The notes under the pieces are model-generated. The model was not told where the DNA came from. It saw only the letters and a list, made by a program, of their open reading frames with translations, and did not search any database. A DNA stretch of 64,000 nt from Octopus bimaculoides (taxonomy: Eukaryota). The position numbers and the translations under genes were made by a program. Location of the stretch: positions 77,067,413 through 77,131,412 of the forward strand of contig NC_068991.1 in assembly GCF_001194135.2 (NCBI RefSeq), written 5' to 3'. Below are positions 49,413-62,257 of this stretch, piece after piece. How positions within the stretch are numbered: position 1 is the first letter of the stretch; every line of letters begins with the position of its first letter.

Positions 49413-51484
49413 ATTCATTGTTGAGTTCTAGAAACTCTAATTTGGTCGCCTGGTGGAAGTGATTCAAATAGGATTTAAAAAAATGTTTATGGAAATGCTT
49501 TTCATTTGTTTAATGAAGTACTGAGATTATGAGCAGATAGGTGAAGGAGAGCAAGGGGTTCATTTGCTACATGGCTGGAATGCTTAGATATGAGGAGCAG
49601 AAAGAGATATCTGGAGACGAATGTTTTTAGTTAGTTTAATGTGGCAGTGGTGTGTTGGTTGGTGTGGAGTTGTCTAAAAGAAATTTAGTTATGATACTAT
49701 TATTGGCTGTTCTCTTTTATGTTACATGTACTGTTTTCCTACCAGGATGTGAAGTGTACATTGAATTTTTTCCAGTGATGGCATTTAGGCATGTGTGAAG
49801 TTGTTAGAACGAGGTTGGTGGTGCTGTGTCTCAGTTTATTATATAATGTTTTTTGTTTTCCTGGATTTTATCAAGAGTATTTGCCTTTTTTAGAGTATCG
49901 TCACACTGTGTGGTGGGTGTGCACATTTGATTTATATGTACTCCATGAATTTCATGTTAAGAAGCCTCACTGTTTTGACCTTACCTGCCTTAATGGTATT
50001 TAATTAGGGCTTGAAGAGTCCTGTTTTTGGTAACTAATTTGTTTCCTGTATCATTGCTGTAAAGTGTTTTTTTTTTTTAGTTGCATGAAAGTGATTTTCA
50101 CATCATTAGTGTTGTATTGTAGTATGTTAAATGTGTGTTATATGGTGTATATTGGCTACTTTTATGTATGTTTGCATAATACCCCTTTTTTTTGGTGGTG
50201 GTGGTGGTGGTGGTGGGGTATGTTAATTGTTTTTTATTTTTATTATTATAGTAGGTTCATCAAGATCATTGTTGGATGCCAGTGGTTTAAAGATTTTCAA
50301 AGAAACATAAGTGATACTTCCAATGCTTAGTGATTTTGTGTATGTTTAGGTGAAAGTTTGGGTTTGCCGTCTGTGTATAAATAGATGTGTTACCGTTTCT
50401 ACTGTCTCTTTCATGTGCAGTTATTACCTTTGAATTTTCCTAACTTAATAATGATTTATAATTTTTTTTGTTTTCTTTCCTTCACCAGACAAGCAAGCAT
50501 TCGGTGCGACCACCCTGTAAATATGTAGGTTTGAGTATATTCTTTTGTTAGTGTGTGTGCGTGTGTGTGAGTGTGCATACATGTATCCATGCATGTGTGT
50601 CTCAAAAGACACAAACCGTTCTGCTCTCAAAAGACAGTAGGGAGATATACTGAGATGAATGCGGGGATTGTTGATACTTGATGGGTTGAGTAAGGCTCTG
50701 TAATACCGCATCGCTGTAGCTTATCCTAACTGGCTGCACTGGCAGATTCTATAACCTAATCACATCTAACTCTGTCTTTTTAGCTTTCTAGTCAGCATCT
50801 TTTCTTCTCACCTTTCCTTAACATACTCCATTTCACTGTCTGACCTTCCTCTCAGAATCTGATATTTGATACAGCCTCTGCCCACTTTAATGCCACTCCC
50901 TCCTTTGTTCACTTGTCTCTTTTTAAGGTGAGGTTGGTGGGAGGAAAAACGAGATTATGGATGAAGACAGTTTGTGAACAATGACTTACTGTTATTGTGA
51001 GCCATTTAATTATAGTGTGAATGCTTTTTGCTTTTAAATTTAGATTCTTTTTTATGTCGTCTCAGTGATGGGCAAGTCAGGATTGAATCTTAAATGTTTG
51101 TTTGCAGTTTTAAGATTGTGTGTTTTTGTACGGATTTACACATTTTTATACTTTCTGTTATCCTATTCTTGAGCCAGGAATGGGGAGGTAGGAGGTGAGT
51201 ATAGTGTGAATACTAAGACAGTGGGTGGCTTGGGGTGGTGGTGGTGGCTGGTGCTTGTTTGTTATTGTTACTTTCTGTTTTTTTTCCCTCCCCTAGCACA
51301 GATAATGTACACACACTGTCAAACATACATACTCAAACACAGACACATACACAAAACACACAGTGATACACTCATGCATGACTCACACATGCTCTCTCTC
51401 TCTTTCTCTTTCACATACATATGCATGTGCAAAAACGCATGCTGGTAGGCATTTTCATCAAAGCATGAATGCAGATACAAGGCT

Positions 51485-51620
51485 GCATAATGGCTGTGTG
51501 GTTAGGAATTCAGCCTTGCATCTCTGTGGTTCATTCCCACTTTATGGTTACTTGAACAAGTGTTTTCTACTGCAGCTCTTGTCTTGTAAGTGGAAGTTAG
51601 AAGATGGACACTGTATATAT
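51485..51620 (+). mobile_element. Family C SINE head fragment, degenerate
   Basis: ATGGCTGTGTGGTTAGG...GGTTCATTCCCACT...TTGAACAAGTGTTTTCTACT. Confidence 0.65.
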
Positions 51621-52185
51621 TAGTGAAAGATTACTGATAAATCAGTATATTGAACAAAAATATCTTGTGATGCTTACCTTTTTTAAAAAGCAGTCAATAA
51701 AATTAATAGTAGATGAAGTATTGGGACCAATGTAATTGATTAAAATGACTAAAGGAATACTCTTGTCTGGCCACAGTCCAAAGACTAAAACCAGAAACAA
51801 ATTAAAAGAATGATTATATGAATAACAACATACATATCGCTCTTATAATAAATGCTGTTGAGTATTTATATATTTTGTGTCACACAAATATAGGTTTACT
51901 GGAGTTATTTCCCTTGGTTATTATACACCCTTTCCCTTTTTTGGCATAATTTGAAAATGTGATCCTCTGGCTACTGATCATGCTTTCATGTTAACATTGA
52001 CTTTTCTTGCCAAAAGTTTTTAAGAAGCCATTCTGACATATGAAGGTTATAGTGCTGTTCCGTAATGAAATTCCATCATTTCTCATGCATACCTATCAAG
52101 AAATACCAAATGTAGAACTCCCTTATACCAGTCACTGTGTTTTATCAAATAAGATAAGATATGTATATGCATATATAAATATATA

Positions 52186-52320
52186 TGGTTGGCGTTAGGA
52201 AGGGCATCCAGCTGTAGAAACTCTGCCAAATTTAGATTGGAGCCTGGTGTTGCCATCCGGTTTCACCAGTCCTCAGTCAAGTCGTCCAACCCATGCTAGC
52301 ATGGAAAGCGGACGTTAAAC

Positions 52321-52359
<39 letters not shown>
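52186..52359 (+). mobile_element. Family A retroposon, 5'-truncated, young
   Basis: Nearly identical to 7396-7552; long (GAT)n tail; inserted in an AT-dinucleotide patch. Confidence 0.92.
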
Positions 52360-53211
52360 ATATATGCATGTATGGGTACAAGACGTCACCAACTGTAAAC
52401 AACATGAAGTCCAAAAACAAGCGAGTTAAATATGCAAACAGTGAGAGAAAAAGAATTGAAAACAGGACAAGTAACACAAAGAATGACCCTTCATCAGTTG
52501 TTGGCTGTCTATCTACTCCTCATTTCGAGCATTCAATGACAATATGAGTCTTCAAAGACAGTTGCTCCCATAAATTCTAAAATAAATTTCGAATTTTATG
52601 GAGGGTCAAAGCTGGGAACAGAAACAGGACAGTGGAGACATACGAGGAAACCAATTGAAAGCAGACATGGAGAGTCATTAGCCCAAAATGAGGGGTAAAT
52701 TAGTGAACACTGGAAGAAATATAAGAAAACTGTACCATGTTTCTGTGTAGGAAGTAACAAGTGTTCAGCTTCCCAAAATTTCATCCAGTTCCTGTGAAGT
52801 GTGATTTTGTGAAAATAATATACAAACTACGGAAGGATTACTCCGAGGAAGGTGTCACAAATGCTTGTGATATACAGTTTATTTTGATCTTCCAAGAAAC
52901 ACTGGTAGAACTTACTCATCAAAACATCCACCAGATACAAACTTAGTATACACTCAACTTAATTATTTAGGAAGAAAAGAGAAAAGTTTCAATGTAGTGA
53001 GAATTAGCTGTCCAGTAGATGTGAACATCTAATATTAAATTAGAAAAAGAACATTTATTAGAAATTGCTGCTAAATTTACACTGACTGTTTCTTGAATAT
53101 AAAATTAAGATGAAATATTAAAATTTTTCCAAATTTTCTTTTTTATTTGAGTACAGCTTTAATCCCTGACGTCATCATTGCCATCGTCATCATCATCACC
53201 ATCATTTTTAG

Positions 53212-53395
53212 CTTGATGAGTTGGCAGAATTATTAGGGTGTCAGAGAAAATGCTTGGCTGCATTCTGTCCAACTCTTTATGTCTTGACTTCAAATCCAAC
53301 TGCATTTATCCTTTCGAGATCTTTAAAACAAGGTACCAGTTAATTGCTGGCATCAATGGTAGCAACTAAGCTCCTCCCGTCAAAATTGAATTAGC
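53212..53395 (+). mobile_element. Family B SINE, degenerate
   Basis: GAGTTGGCAGAATTATTAG...GACTTCAAATCC...AAGGTACCAGT. Confidence 0.6.
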
Positions 53396-54156
53396 AGCCA
53401 CCACAACCATGACCACCACCACCAGCATCATCATCATCATCATCATCATTCATCCACAAAAGTGGATGGATATATCAAGTTCAACTTTTAGTCACTCACA
53501 AGCACTTCTAGGCTTCATCACTAATTCAGTTCTCAACCAAATTGAATGCAACATTTTTAGCAATGATGGTCAGGTCCTAAACTTCATTTTGAGATAAAGT
53601 AATTGAAATTTGGTTTATTAGAAAAAGAAAAAAAGTTTGGTCAAAATAAGTGAGGTCAAAAATGGGAGAGTAAGGTGAAAAATTGACTTTGAATCAAAGT
53701 ATCACAGTTTTTTTAAAAGAAAATTAAGAAGTACTGGAAAAGGTGTTGAAATGCTTCATCAACTTCAAAGAAAATCATCTGAAAAATTTACCAGTGATTA
53801 CAGTCGTTTGTTGCTTTTAATATGGCAAGCAAGTGTTGACTCTCAGTATATTGGAAAAAACAGTATGATATTGACCTTGTGGCTAGCTACCAAACAGAAG
53901 TTGAGAAAAATAAAGTTGAAGGTACTTGGGAAAATTTGGATCAAAATAAATTTCTGAAATTGTTCATCAAATAGTGTGTGCATTTTTTTTTGTTTTTTTT
54001 TAAATATAATTTTTGCATTTTATTGCATTTAAAAAAAAAATAGGTTTAATATTTTTGATTTAAAAATTTCTTTGTATTAAGCTAAAACATTTCTGTCTTA
54101 TTCTTAGTGTCATTAGAATGAAAAATATAAAGGAAAATATTATTAATTATAATAAT

Positions 54157-54570
54157 AGGCATGGCTGTGTGGTAAGAGACTTGCTTTCCAACCACATAGT
54201 TCTGGGTTCAATCCCACTGCATGGCACCTTGGGCAAGTGTCTGACCAAAGCCTTGTGAGTGTATTTGGTAGATGGAAACTGAAAGAAGCCTGTTGTATAT
54301 ATGTGTGTGTGTGTGTGTGTGTATTTATGTATGTGTGTCTTTGTGTATGTCTTTGTCCCCTACCACCACTTGACAACCGAAGCTTGTGTGTATACATCCC
54401 CATAACTTAGTGGTTCAGCAAAAGAGGCCGATAGAATAAGTGCCAGGTTTAAAATAATAAGTACTGGGGTCAATTCATTCGACTAAAAAATTCACCAAGG
54501 CAGTGCTCCAGCATGGCCATTGTCTGATGACTGATAGAAGTAAAAAATAAACGATAAAAGATAGAAAGAA
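54157..54570 (+). mobile_element. Family C SINE, near full length, tail 1
   Basis: Colinear with 19711-20162 and 21738-22130. Confidence 0.88.
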
Positions 54571-55350
54571 AAATGTGGGAGCAGAGTGTTAGAATATTCT
54601 TAAGTATTGAACCGGGGGAAAATACTGGACAAGCAGTAATTAAGCCTAGCAAAGTACAGGACAAGAAGAAAAAAACTTAAAATATTGCTGCTGCAGTTAG
54701 AATTTAAAAACTAAAATAATAATAAAAGCCCTTTTATAATTTTTATTTTTATATAAAAGTTTAAATTGAAATACTCAGGGAGCTATTTATTTTCAATTTT
54801 AGTGAAAAGACTAATTGCCTACAAGTTTGAACATTAAAAATTTAATATTACAAATTTAATGCTATATATATTTTTAAAAATCACATAATAACAATTTAAG
54901 CAAAACTGACAATGCATCATAACCCCTAAGTTTTTACTTTTTTTTTTAAGTTAGAGAGCCATATCTACAATTTGCACTCAATTTGTTCATTAGCTTTCGT
55001 TTTTTAAAATATTCTTCTGACTATAAATAGAAAATTCTTTGTTATCTTATTATGCAAACTTTACAGAAATTAATTCTTTTGATTCTTTAAAAATGTTTTT
55101 TTACAATTTTTTACTTTTATTCTTGAATTACATATATTCTACATGAATTTAGTTTTAACAAATATCTGTGATTTAAAATTTTTGGATAATTAGTTTTAAG
55201 AAAAGAAAAACTTAAAAAGCAATACTAAAAGTAATACTAAAATTAAGACAGAAATATTTTAGCTTGATACAAAAAAAATTTTAAATTAAAATATTAATTT
55301 AAATATTAAAAAATTGCAATAAAAATAAGAAAAAAAACCTCCAAATAATA

Positions 55351-55572
55351 ACAAAACGAGCACTCAGAGAGTGCAAACCTCTGTTAAAGCGACACCAACA
55401 TCCTCTTAATGATTAGCTGAATCTAATCAGTTCATGCCAGTCATGGGGCCAAACATCCCTGAAAGTTTCATCCAAATCCTTCCAGCAGTTCTTTAGATAT
55501 CCTGTCCATGGACAAACAAACAAACAAACATAACTGAAAACAATACCTCCACCTTCGCTAAGGTCGAGGTAA
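55351..55572 (+). mobile_element. Helentron-associated (HINE/DINE-1-like) element, short copy
   Basis: 5' GAGCACTCAG..AAACCTCTG, AAAGTTTCATCCAAATCC core, (ACAA)n, 3' hairpin TACCTCCACCTTCGCTAAGGTCGAGGTA. Confidence 0.72.
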
Positions 55573-55936
55573 CAAGAGCACTCAGGGAGCACAAACCTCT
55601 GCCAAGGCAATACCAACATCCTCTCAATGATTTGCTGGGGATGATTTTTAAAATGAGAATATCTGAAATAAACTCGACTGCTTTCACAAATGAGAATACT
55701 AAAAATGAATCTGACCGTTTTCAAACATTAAGTAAAAAAAATCAGAAAAACAATCCAGAATCCTTGTCGAATACTGGATCGATCCCAAAATCTAATCAGT
55801 TTGTGTCAGTCACAAGGCCAAACATCCCTGAAAGTTTCATCCGAATCCATCCAGCGGTTCTTGAGATATCATGTCTATGGACAAATAAACAAACACAACT
55901 GAAAACAATACCTCTGCCTTCGCTAAGGCAGAGGTA
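55573..55936 (+). mobile_element. Helentron-associated (HINE/DINE-1-like) element, longer copy in tandem
   Basis: Same ends as the preceding copy; perfect 12-bp stem TACCTCTGCCTT-CGCT-AAGGCAGAGGTA (55909-55936); 5' subterminal ACCTCTGCC complementary to the 3' arm. Confidence 0.78.
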
Positions 55937-56076
55937 AAAATGTGCACACGCTATTTGATGAACAATTTCATAAATTCATTTAGCAAATTCTAGTTTTTTC
56001 TTCTTGTCCTGTACTTTTCCAGGTTTAATGCTTAAGAATATTCTTGCACTCTGCTCCCACATTTTTCATTTCAGTT

Positions 56077-56285
56077 GAAGTAGCGGATTGGTAGAATCAT
56101 TAGATGGTTGGAGGAAATGTTTTACAGTATTTAGTTACAGCTCTTTACATTCTGAGTTTAAGTTTTGGTTGGGCCAACTGTACTTTCTTGCTCTTTTGGG
56201 ATCAATAAAATAAAATACCAGCCAAGTAGTCAAGTTTTAATTGATTAACTCTGTCTCACAGCGTGGCCAGAAACAATTATTACTG
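56077..56285 (+). mobile_element. Family B SINE, degenerate
   Basis: GGATTGGTAGAATCATTAG...TACATTCTGAGTTTAAG...AAATACCAG. Confidence 0.55.
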
Positions 56286-58220
56286 TTAATATTTTTTGCC
56301 CTGTAACTAGACCAGCTTTGATAAGAAAATATGGATGAGATGCTAAGCGTTATAGAACTAGATGTATCTTCAGTTCATATCCACTACAAACATTTTGCAC
56401 TTCATTATGTATTATTTGGACAGTATTCTTACTTCTATGTAACCCAGACACCTGATTTGATTGTTTAACAATGCTATGTAAGATAGATTGGCAAACTATC
56501 CAGTAAGAGACTTTTTTCTCTCATCGACCTAATATCTAAACACTAGCTTACCCTTAAGAAATCTATTTGAGACATTGAAAGAATTTGTCTTTTTCTTTTT
56601 GTTACTTCAACTTTTTAAACATCAATTACTTTAGCTGCTTTAATAATATATTTCAATGAGTTACAAAATATGTGTTTCATGAAATGCACAATATACCTGT
56701 GTATCATAAATATATTCTTTAATGACAGTTTCTGCTCAAATTACTACATATTTGTTCTTGCTGCCTATTTATTTCAGTATTTAGCTTTTACTAAGTTGAC
56801 ACCTGTCAACATAAACCAACATTAGTCTCTTCAATTTCAGCTGATTATATTTGATTATCTCATCTATTATCTGGAAATGGGTTGTATCTGTAATTAGAGT
56901 AATTTCGTAAAGATACTAAATATTTAGATTATAGTCTTGAAAAGTTGGCCTTCTTGGACAAAGCAAAATATATGCATAATCTGTTTATTACAAATTTGGT
57001 CCGTAACAAGGAAAATATAAGATGGTTGTTAGAGTTTAAAACTTCAATGTTGGTTATTTGCTTCTTCCAATGAAACTATCATTAGAACAGAGTGAAATAG
57101 GAGTACCTGATGGAAGTAGTGACGGAGGGTTTGCTTTGGCAAAGAGAAAATACAAAATATTGTGTAAATGGAATAAATTAAATCGCCTTGTGGTGAACTA
57201 ATTTGCTTCACTCTGTGAACTTTATTAATAGAGCAGTTTGGGACACAGTAGACAGTTGCATCACTATGAAATCCTTTTATTGCATATACTATTAAATCTT
57301 TCAATTAGATTATTGTCTAATAAAACCTGATTAGATTTATCCAAGAAAACTTAGCTAAAGCATTAATAAAGAATCTATTACTCTCTAATTACTGTGTATT
57401 ACGGAATATCAAAGCTACTAATTAACAAGAAAACCATCATTAACACTATTATAAAGACTTTATAAGTCATTTATCCTTTATCTTTGAAGAATTACGCAAA
57501 TGGTTATGTTGTTGTTATTACTACATCTGCTGCTGCTGATGATAATTAGAATGTGTAGCTATTGCTTTTATTTTCTAGTGTGGTATATCTATAGCTATTT
57601 TACTTTGATTTCGCCTTATTTTAGACTCCGTAGCTCATTCTTATAGAAGTGAAATATTTGTGTAAGAGAAAATGCAAGATGTATGTTTGTGTGTTTGTGA
57701 ATGTGTATCAATGCATTTGTACAGACACACACTTACATATACACTTATATACATGTTATGTTGTATATACATGGTATAGATATGTATAGCAAAATATATG
57801 GTTAACATTGTAATAAATGATTGGACTACAGTAAGGGCTAAACCTTAAATTTGTCACATCCGTGTGGGATTGCAACTCAACAAATATTTTGTGCGATTTC
57901 AAATTTTCACCTGGGCCAATCTATTTTGGTATAACTGCATGTAATTTCCAGGTGTTCTGACACTATCAAATGATTTGTAATATCAATTATGTAAATATTA
58001 AAGAAATAAATCATATCTTGCCTATTTATTCACACAAACACACACACACACACGCGCATGCACGCATGCAGACACACACACTCACACACAATTTTAACAG
58101 ATTTTTATGTAAATTAATTATTGATATGCATATGTAAACAAATATATTTGATATAACACTTTAGTTCTTTCAATGCTTATATTTTTTATTTACATATGTC
58201 TCTCAATTTGTTTCTATACA

Positions 58221-58225
<5 letters not shown>

Positions 58226-58289
<64 letters not shown>
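58226..58289. repeat. (TA)n microsatellite
   Basis: Directly visible. Confidence 0.96.
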
Positions 58290-58311
<22 letters not shown>

Positions 58312-59029
58312 CTCATTTGTAAAGAAGTAATGTATACATTCAATGATGTTCATATAAAAGTTTTTGATATTAATCTATAATTGATTCTCACATGCGTGCG
58401 CGCACAAACACACACACGCGTGTACACATACACTTACACATTTAACATGCAAACAATATATTAATTTAGGCAAGTATGAGCAACATACAATGCAATAATA
58501 AGAAATATAGCAGCTGAATGCTAGCTGTAGTCAATTAAGCCATAGCTATGCTGACTAACTTTTCAATGAATGAAAAACATTTCTGAACAAATCTTAATTA
58601 TCTTACCAAATACACATGTATGTACATTATGTATATATGTATAGCTATACCTGCTAACATGTATGTGTGGCAGCATATGTAAGCATGTGCATTTGTGTAG
58701 ACACACGTGCTGACATACATGTGTAAGTACATGTACACATGCATATTTATATGCATACATGTGTGTGCATATGTCTATACTCAAATACACATAGTTACCA
58801 ATTTAATATAATAAATCTTTAATGGGACAATTGATAAAAAGCAGTGGGTAATGATTAAATCTCTCATTACACTCCCTCAAATGTATTCATCAAAATCATT
58901 AGACCAATACATTATCATATTTAACATAATGAAATCAATTGGTTGCTTTCAGTAAATCTGTATTTTTATTTCCATCTCCCCTCCTTTTTCTCCTTCACAT
59001 TGTCATAACTGTTGTCATAATCATAGCCA

Positions 59030-59430
59030 CCACCACCTCCACCACCACCACCTCCACCNNNNNNNNNNNNNNNNNNNNNNNNNNNNNNNNNNNNNNNNNN
59101 NNNNNNNNNNNNNNNNNNNNNNNNNNNNNNNNNNNNNNNNNNNNNNNNNNNNNNNNNNNNNNNNNNNNNNNNNNNNNNNNNNNNNNNNNNNNNNNNNNNN
59201 NNNNNNNNNNNNNNNNNNNNNNNNNNNNNNNNNNNNNNNNNNNNNNNNNNNNNNNNNNNNNNNNNNNNNNNNNNNNNNNNNNNNNNNNNNNNNNNNNNNN
59301 NNNNNNNNNNNNNNNNNNNNNNNNNNNNNNNNNNNNNNNNNNNNNNNNNNNNNNNNNNNNNNNNNNNNNNNNNNNNATTATTATTGCTGTCGTTGTTGTT
59401 GTTGTTATTATTATTATTATTATTATTATT
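59030..59430. repeat. (CAC)n / (ATT)n / (GTT)n repeats around a gap (N 59059-59376)
   Basis: Directly visible. Confidence 0.9.
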
Positions 59431-59624
59431 AGAAATGCAGTAACAAAATGAAAATAAATAACAGCAAAAGAAGGGGAAAAAAATCTGCTTACTGCTATTT
59501 TTTCCTCCCTGCCATTACATTTTTATTCATCAGATATTTTAGCAGCCGTCCTTTAACTACTCTACCGTCTGATTAAGCAGATGTTTTATACAGTAAATTT
59601 TTCAATTTATTACATTTACTTTTT

Positions 59625-59670
<46 letters not shown>

Positions 59671-59884
59671 CACACATATACACACAAATATATGTATGTG
59701 TGTGTATGGGTATATATGTGCACACATATATACTCACACACACACACACACACGTGTATATGTTTACTTTGGTTCTACTCACCACTGATTTACATTCATA
59801 GGTTCAAAAGAAGCAAAATGCCTGGCTAGATAATATACTGCCCTCACCAGTTCATAGATCTTGAGTTCAAATCCCCCAAATATA

Positions 59885-60148
59885 TTGTGTTGAGTCAAAA
59901 GTTTTGCTATATTTTCGTAGCTTATGGCTCACTTCCTGCGCTTACAACACTTCATCAACCAAGAGGAGGTGGAAGCTTCAGGGAAGAAGTTCTTCTCCTC
60001 AAAAGACAAGAACTGGTATAAGCTTGGGATCAAAGAACTGGCAGAAAAGTGGCTTCAGACAGTGCAACATGATGGCCCTAATTTACGATGCTTGATGAAT
60101 AAAACAAAGAAGTTACCAAAATATTGCAAAACTTTTGACTCAACACAA
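59885..60148 (+). mobile_element. Internally deleted mariner (MITE-like) with intact TIRs
   Basis: TA|TTGTGTTGAGTCAAAAGTTTTGC...GCAAAACTTTTGACTCAACACAA|TA (perfect 23-bp TIR plus TA TSD); the inside encodes a transposase C-terminus MAHFLRLQHF..FFSSKDKNWYKLGIKELAEKWLQTVQHDG. Confidence 0.93.
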
Positions 60149-60874
60149 TATTTCATTGTTCACATATTTCACTAAGCTGTTTTGAATAGGTGGTAAAACT
60201 TTTGGAAATATTAGCTGTAAGCTGGATGATAACCATCCATCTGTTTAATGCCATTCAACCAGATTTTAAGCCTATTATTTGTAATGTCTCATTTCCATTC
60301 TAGTGGGAAAATCTATTTTAACCCAATGGGCATCAATTGTAATTCTTTTCTACTGCTACACATGACCTCTTCTTTTCTGAATTTGAATATTATATTTATA
60401 CTTAAATCCCTGTAGTAACCTTGCTTCTCCATCATCTGCATCTTATAATATGTCCTTACACTCCCTTCCAAACATTCTGATGTCCTTCTCTCTTCAGAAC
60501 TATGTTTGTCTCTTCCAGACCAGATTTCCTCTCCTAATATGAATCTTAATAGTTAAGCCTGAACATTAACTCTAAGACGGTTATAAAGTAATTTTAATTC
60601 ATTACTAATGAAGAGTTCTGAAGACTAATGACTACTAAAAAAAAAAAAGTTTTAGCAAGGTTTCATGCCTCAGTTTGTTTCAGTTAAAACATATGAAAAG
60701 AAAAAATTGTAGATTTTTATGGGGATATTAAATCATGACAATCAGTCATAGAAATGAAGCGATTCAGCCGATATTCAAAATTTGGTGATGCCTTGTTTTG
60801 CCAGGTGCCTTTATTGATGTACAGTATTCATTGCAGTTACTTAAATGTTAATCTTCTAACGAATTTTAAACAGC

Positions 60875-61005
60875 TGGTTGGTGTTCGGAAGGGCATCCAG
60901 CCATAGAAACCTTGCTGATTCAGATTGGAACTTGGTGCAGCTCCCTGCCTTACCAGTTTTCAGTCAAACCATCTAACCCATGCCAGCATAGAAAAACGGA
61001 CGTCA

Positions 61006-61035
<30 letters not shown>
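60875..61035 (+). mobile_element. Family A tail, diverged
   Basis: GGAAGGGCATCCAGCCATAGAAACC...AACCCATGCCAGCATAGAAAAACGGACGT(GAT)n. Confidence 0.82.
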
Positions 61036-61036
<1 letters not shown>

Positions 61037-62100
61037 GTTTGGCTAATGGTCAACCCTTGTTTTATGTGTTGATAACTGTCCATGATGTTGATCTGGTATT
61101 GACAGTTGATGTACAGGAGGTAAAGCGCTGGCTCTCATACAGTAATGTACTTCATATTGTAGTAGTAGTAGTAGTAGTAGTAGTAATAGTATCTGTTCTT
61201 ATAAGAAAAAAACCCACAAAAACAAAAGCAGCCTAGTACCTACTCCTCCACAGATCAGTGTAGTAAGATAGTGTAAAGGGAAATGTTCTATTCTGAAACA
61301 ATGAAATGTTTCATCATTTTGCCTCTATATTTATCACAAAGAACATCACAATGACAAGATCTTCAGTAATATTCCAAGTTCATGTTATTGTATGGGATCA
61401 AAACTGAATTCAGTTATCTGCGATTGATAATATAATACTTAATATATTAGGTTAAAGGGTGAACATCTTGGCATAACTTAGAGAATTGCATTTCAGAGTC
61501 ACTAAGAACAATTACAATATCTGTTTCTGTGCTGCAGACACGCTCGATCAGAGTCATCTAATAATAAGTGACTTTGATGGTGAAATATGGATGGAAAAAC
61601 TGGAGGATTTGCTGTAACAGAAGTGTGATGTACAATAATTGGATTAATATACTATAAGAATTTGAGAGATAGGTATAAGTGTGTATATAATGAAAACATA
61701 GGCTGATGAACGAGCATGTGTATTAAAGGCCTGGATTAGTGAATGATCGTGAGCCTATATGCATTATGATATGATTTGAATTGATTCATATAGTTTCCAT
61801 TTATAGCCTAACAAAATGTTTTTTCCATTTGAAATATAGAATTTATCTGTGTTAGTTTTGAATGTAGAAATATTACAGTGAATTAACAATCTCAAAGGAT
61901 TTCATAGTGATAATAATTAAGATAAGAATATTCTAGATTGGGAAATGCAAAAATGATTCAAACATTTGAATGAGTTTGTTAAAAATAAACTGGAAACAGA
62001 TGAAATCGTTAAAAATAGGCTAGAATTTGCGTGACATAATTATGATTGATATAAAAACTTTAGAAAGCTATTAAAGAGTGCACTAAAATGATGAATAAGT

Positions 62101-62257
62101 TTGTTAAAATTGACTTCAAATACCAGTTAGTAATCCAAGTGTTGATTAAAATAAATAAATAAATAAAGAGATGGCCAAAATTAGAGCTACGTAGCTCTAA
62201 TTTTGGCCATCTCTTTATTTAGATTACTAACTGGTATCTTAAGTCAACTTTTAACAA
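62101..62257. repeat. Foldback with a perfect 62-bp central palindrome
   Basis: 62160-62221 is its own reverse complement (centre GCTAC|GTAGC); outer arms 62101-62138 and 62219-62257 also pair. Confidence 0.92.
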
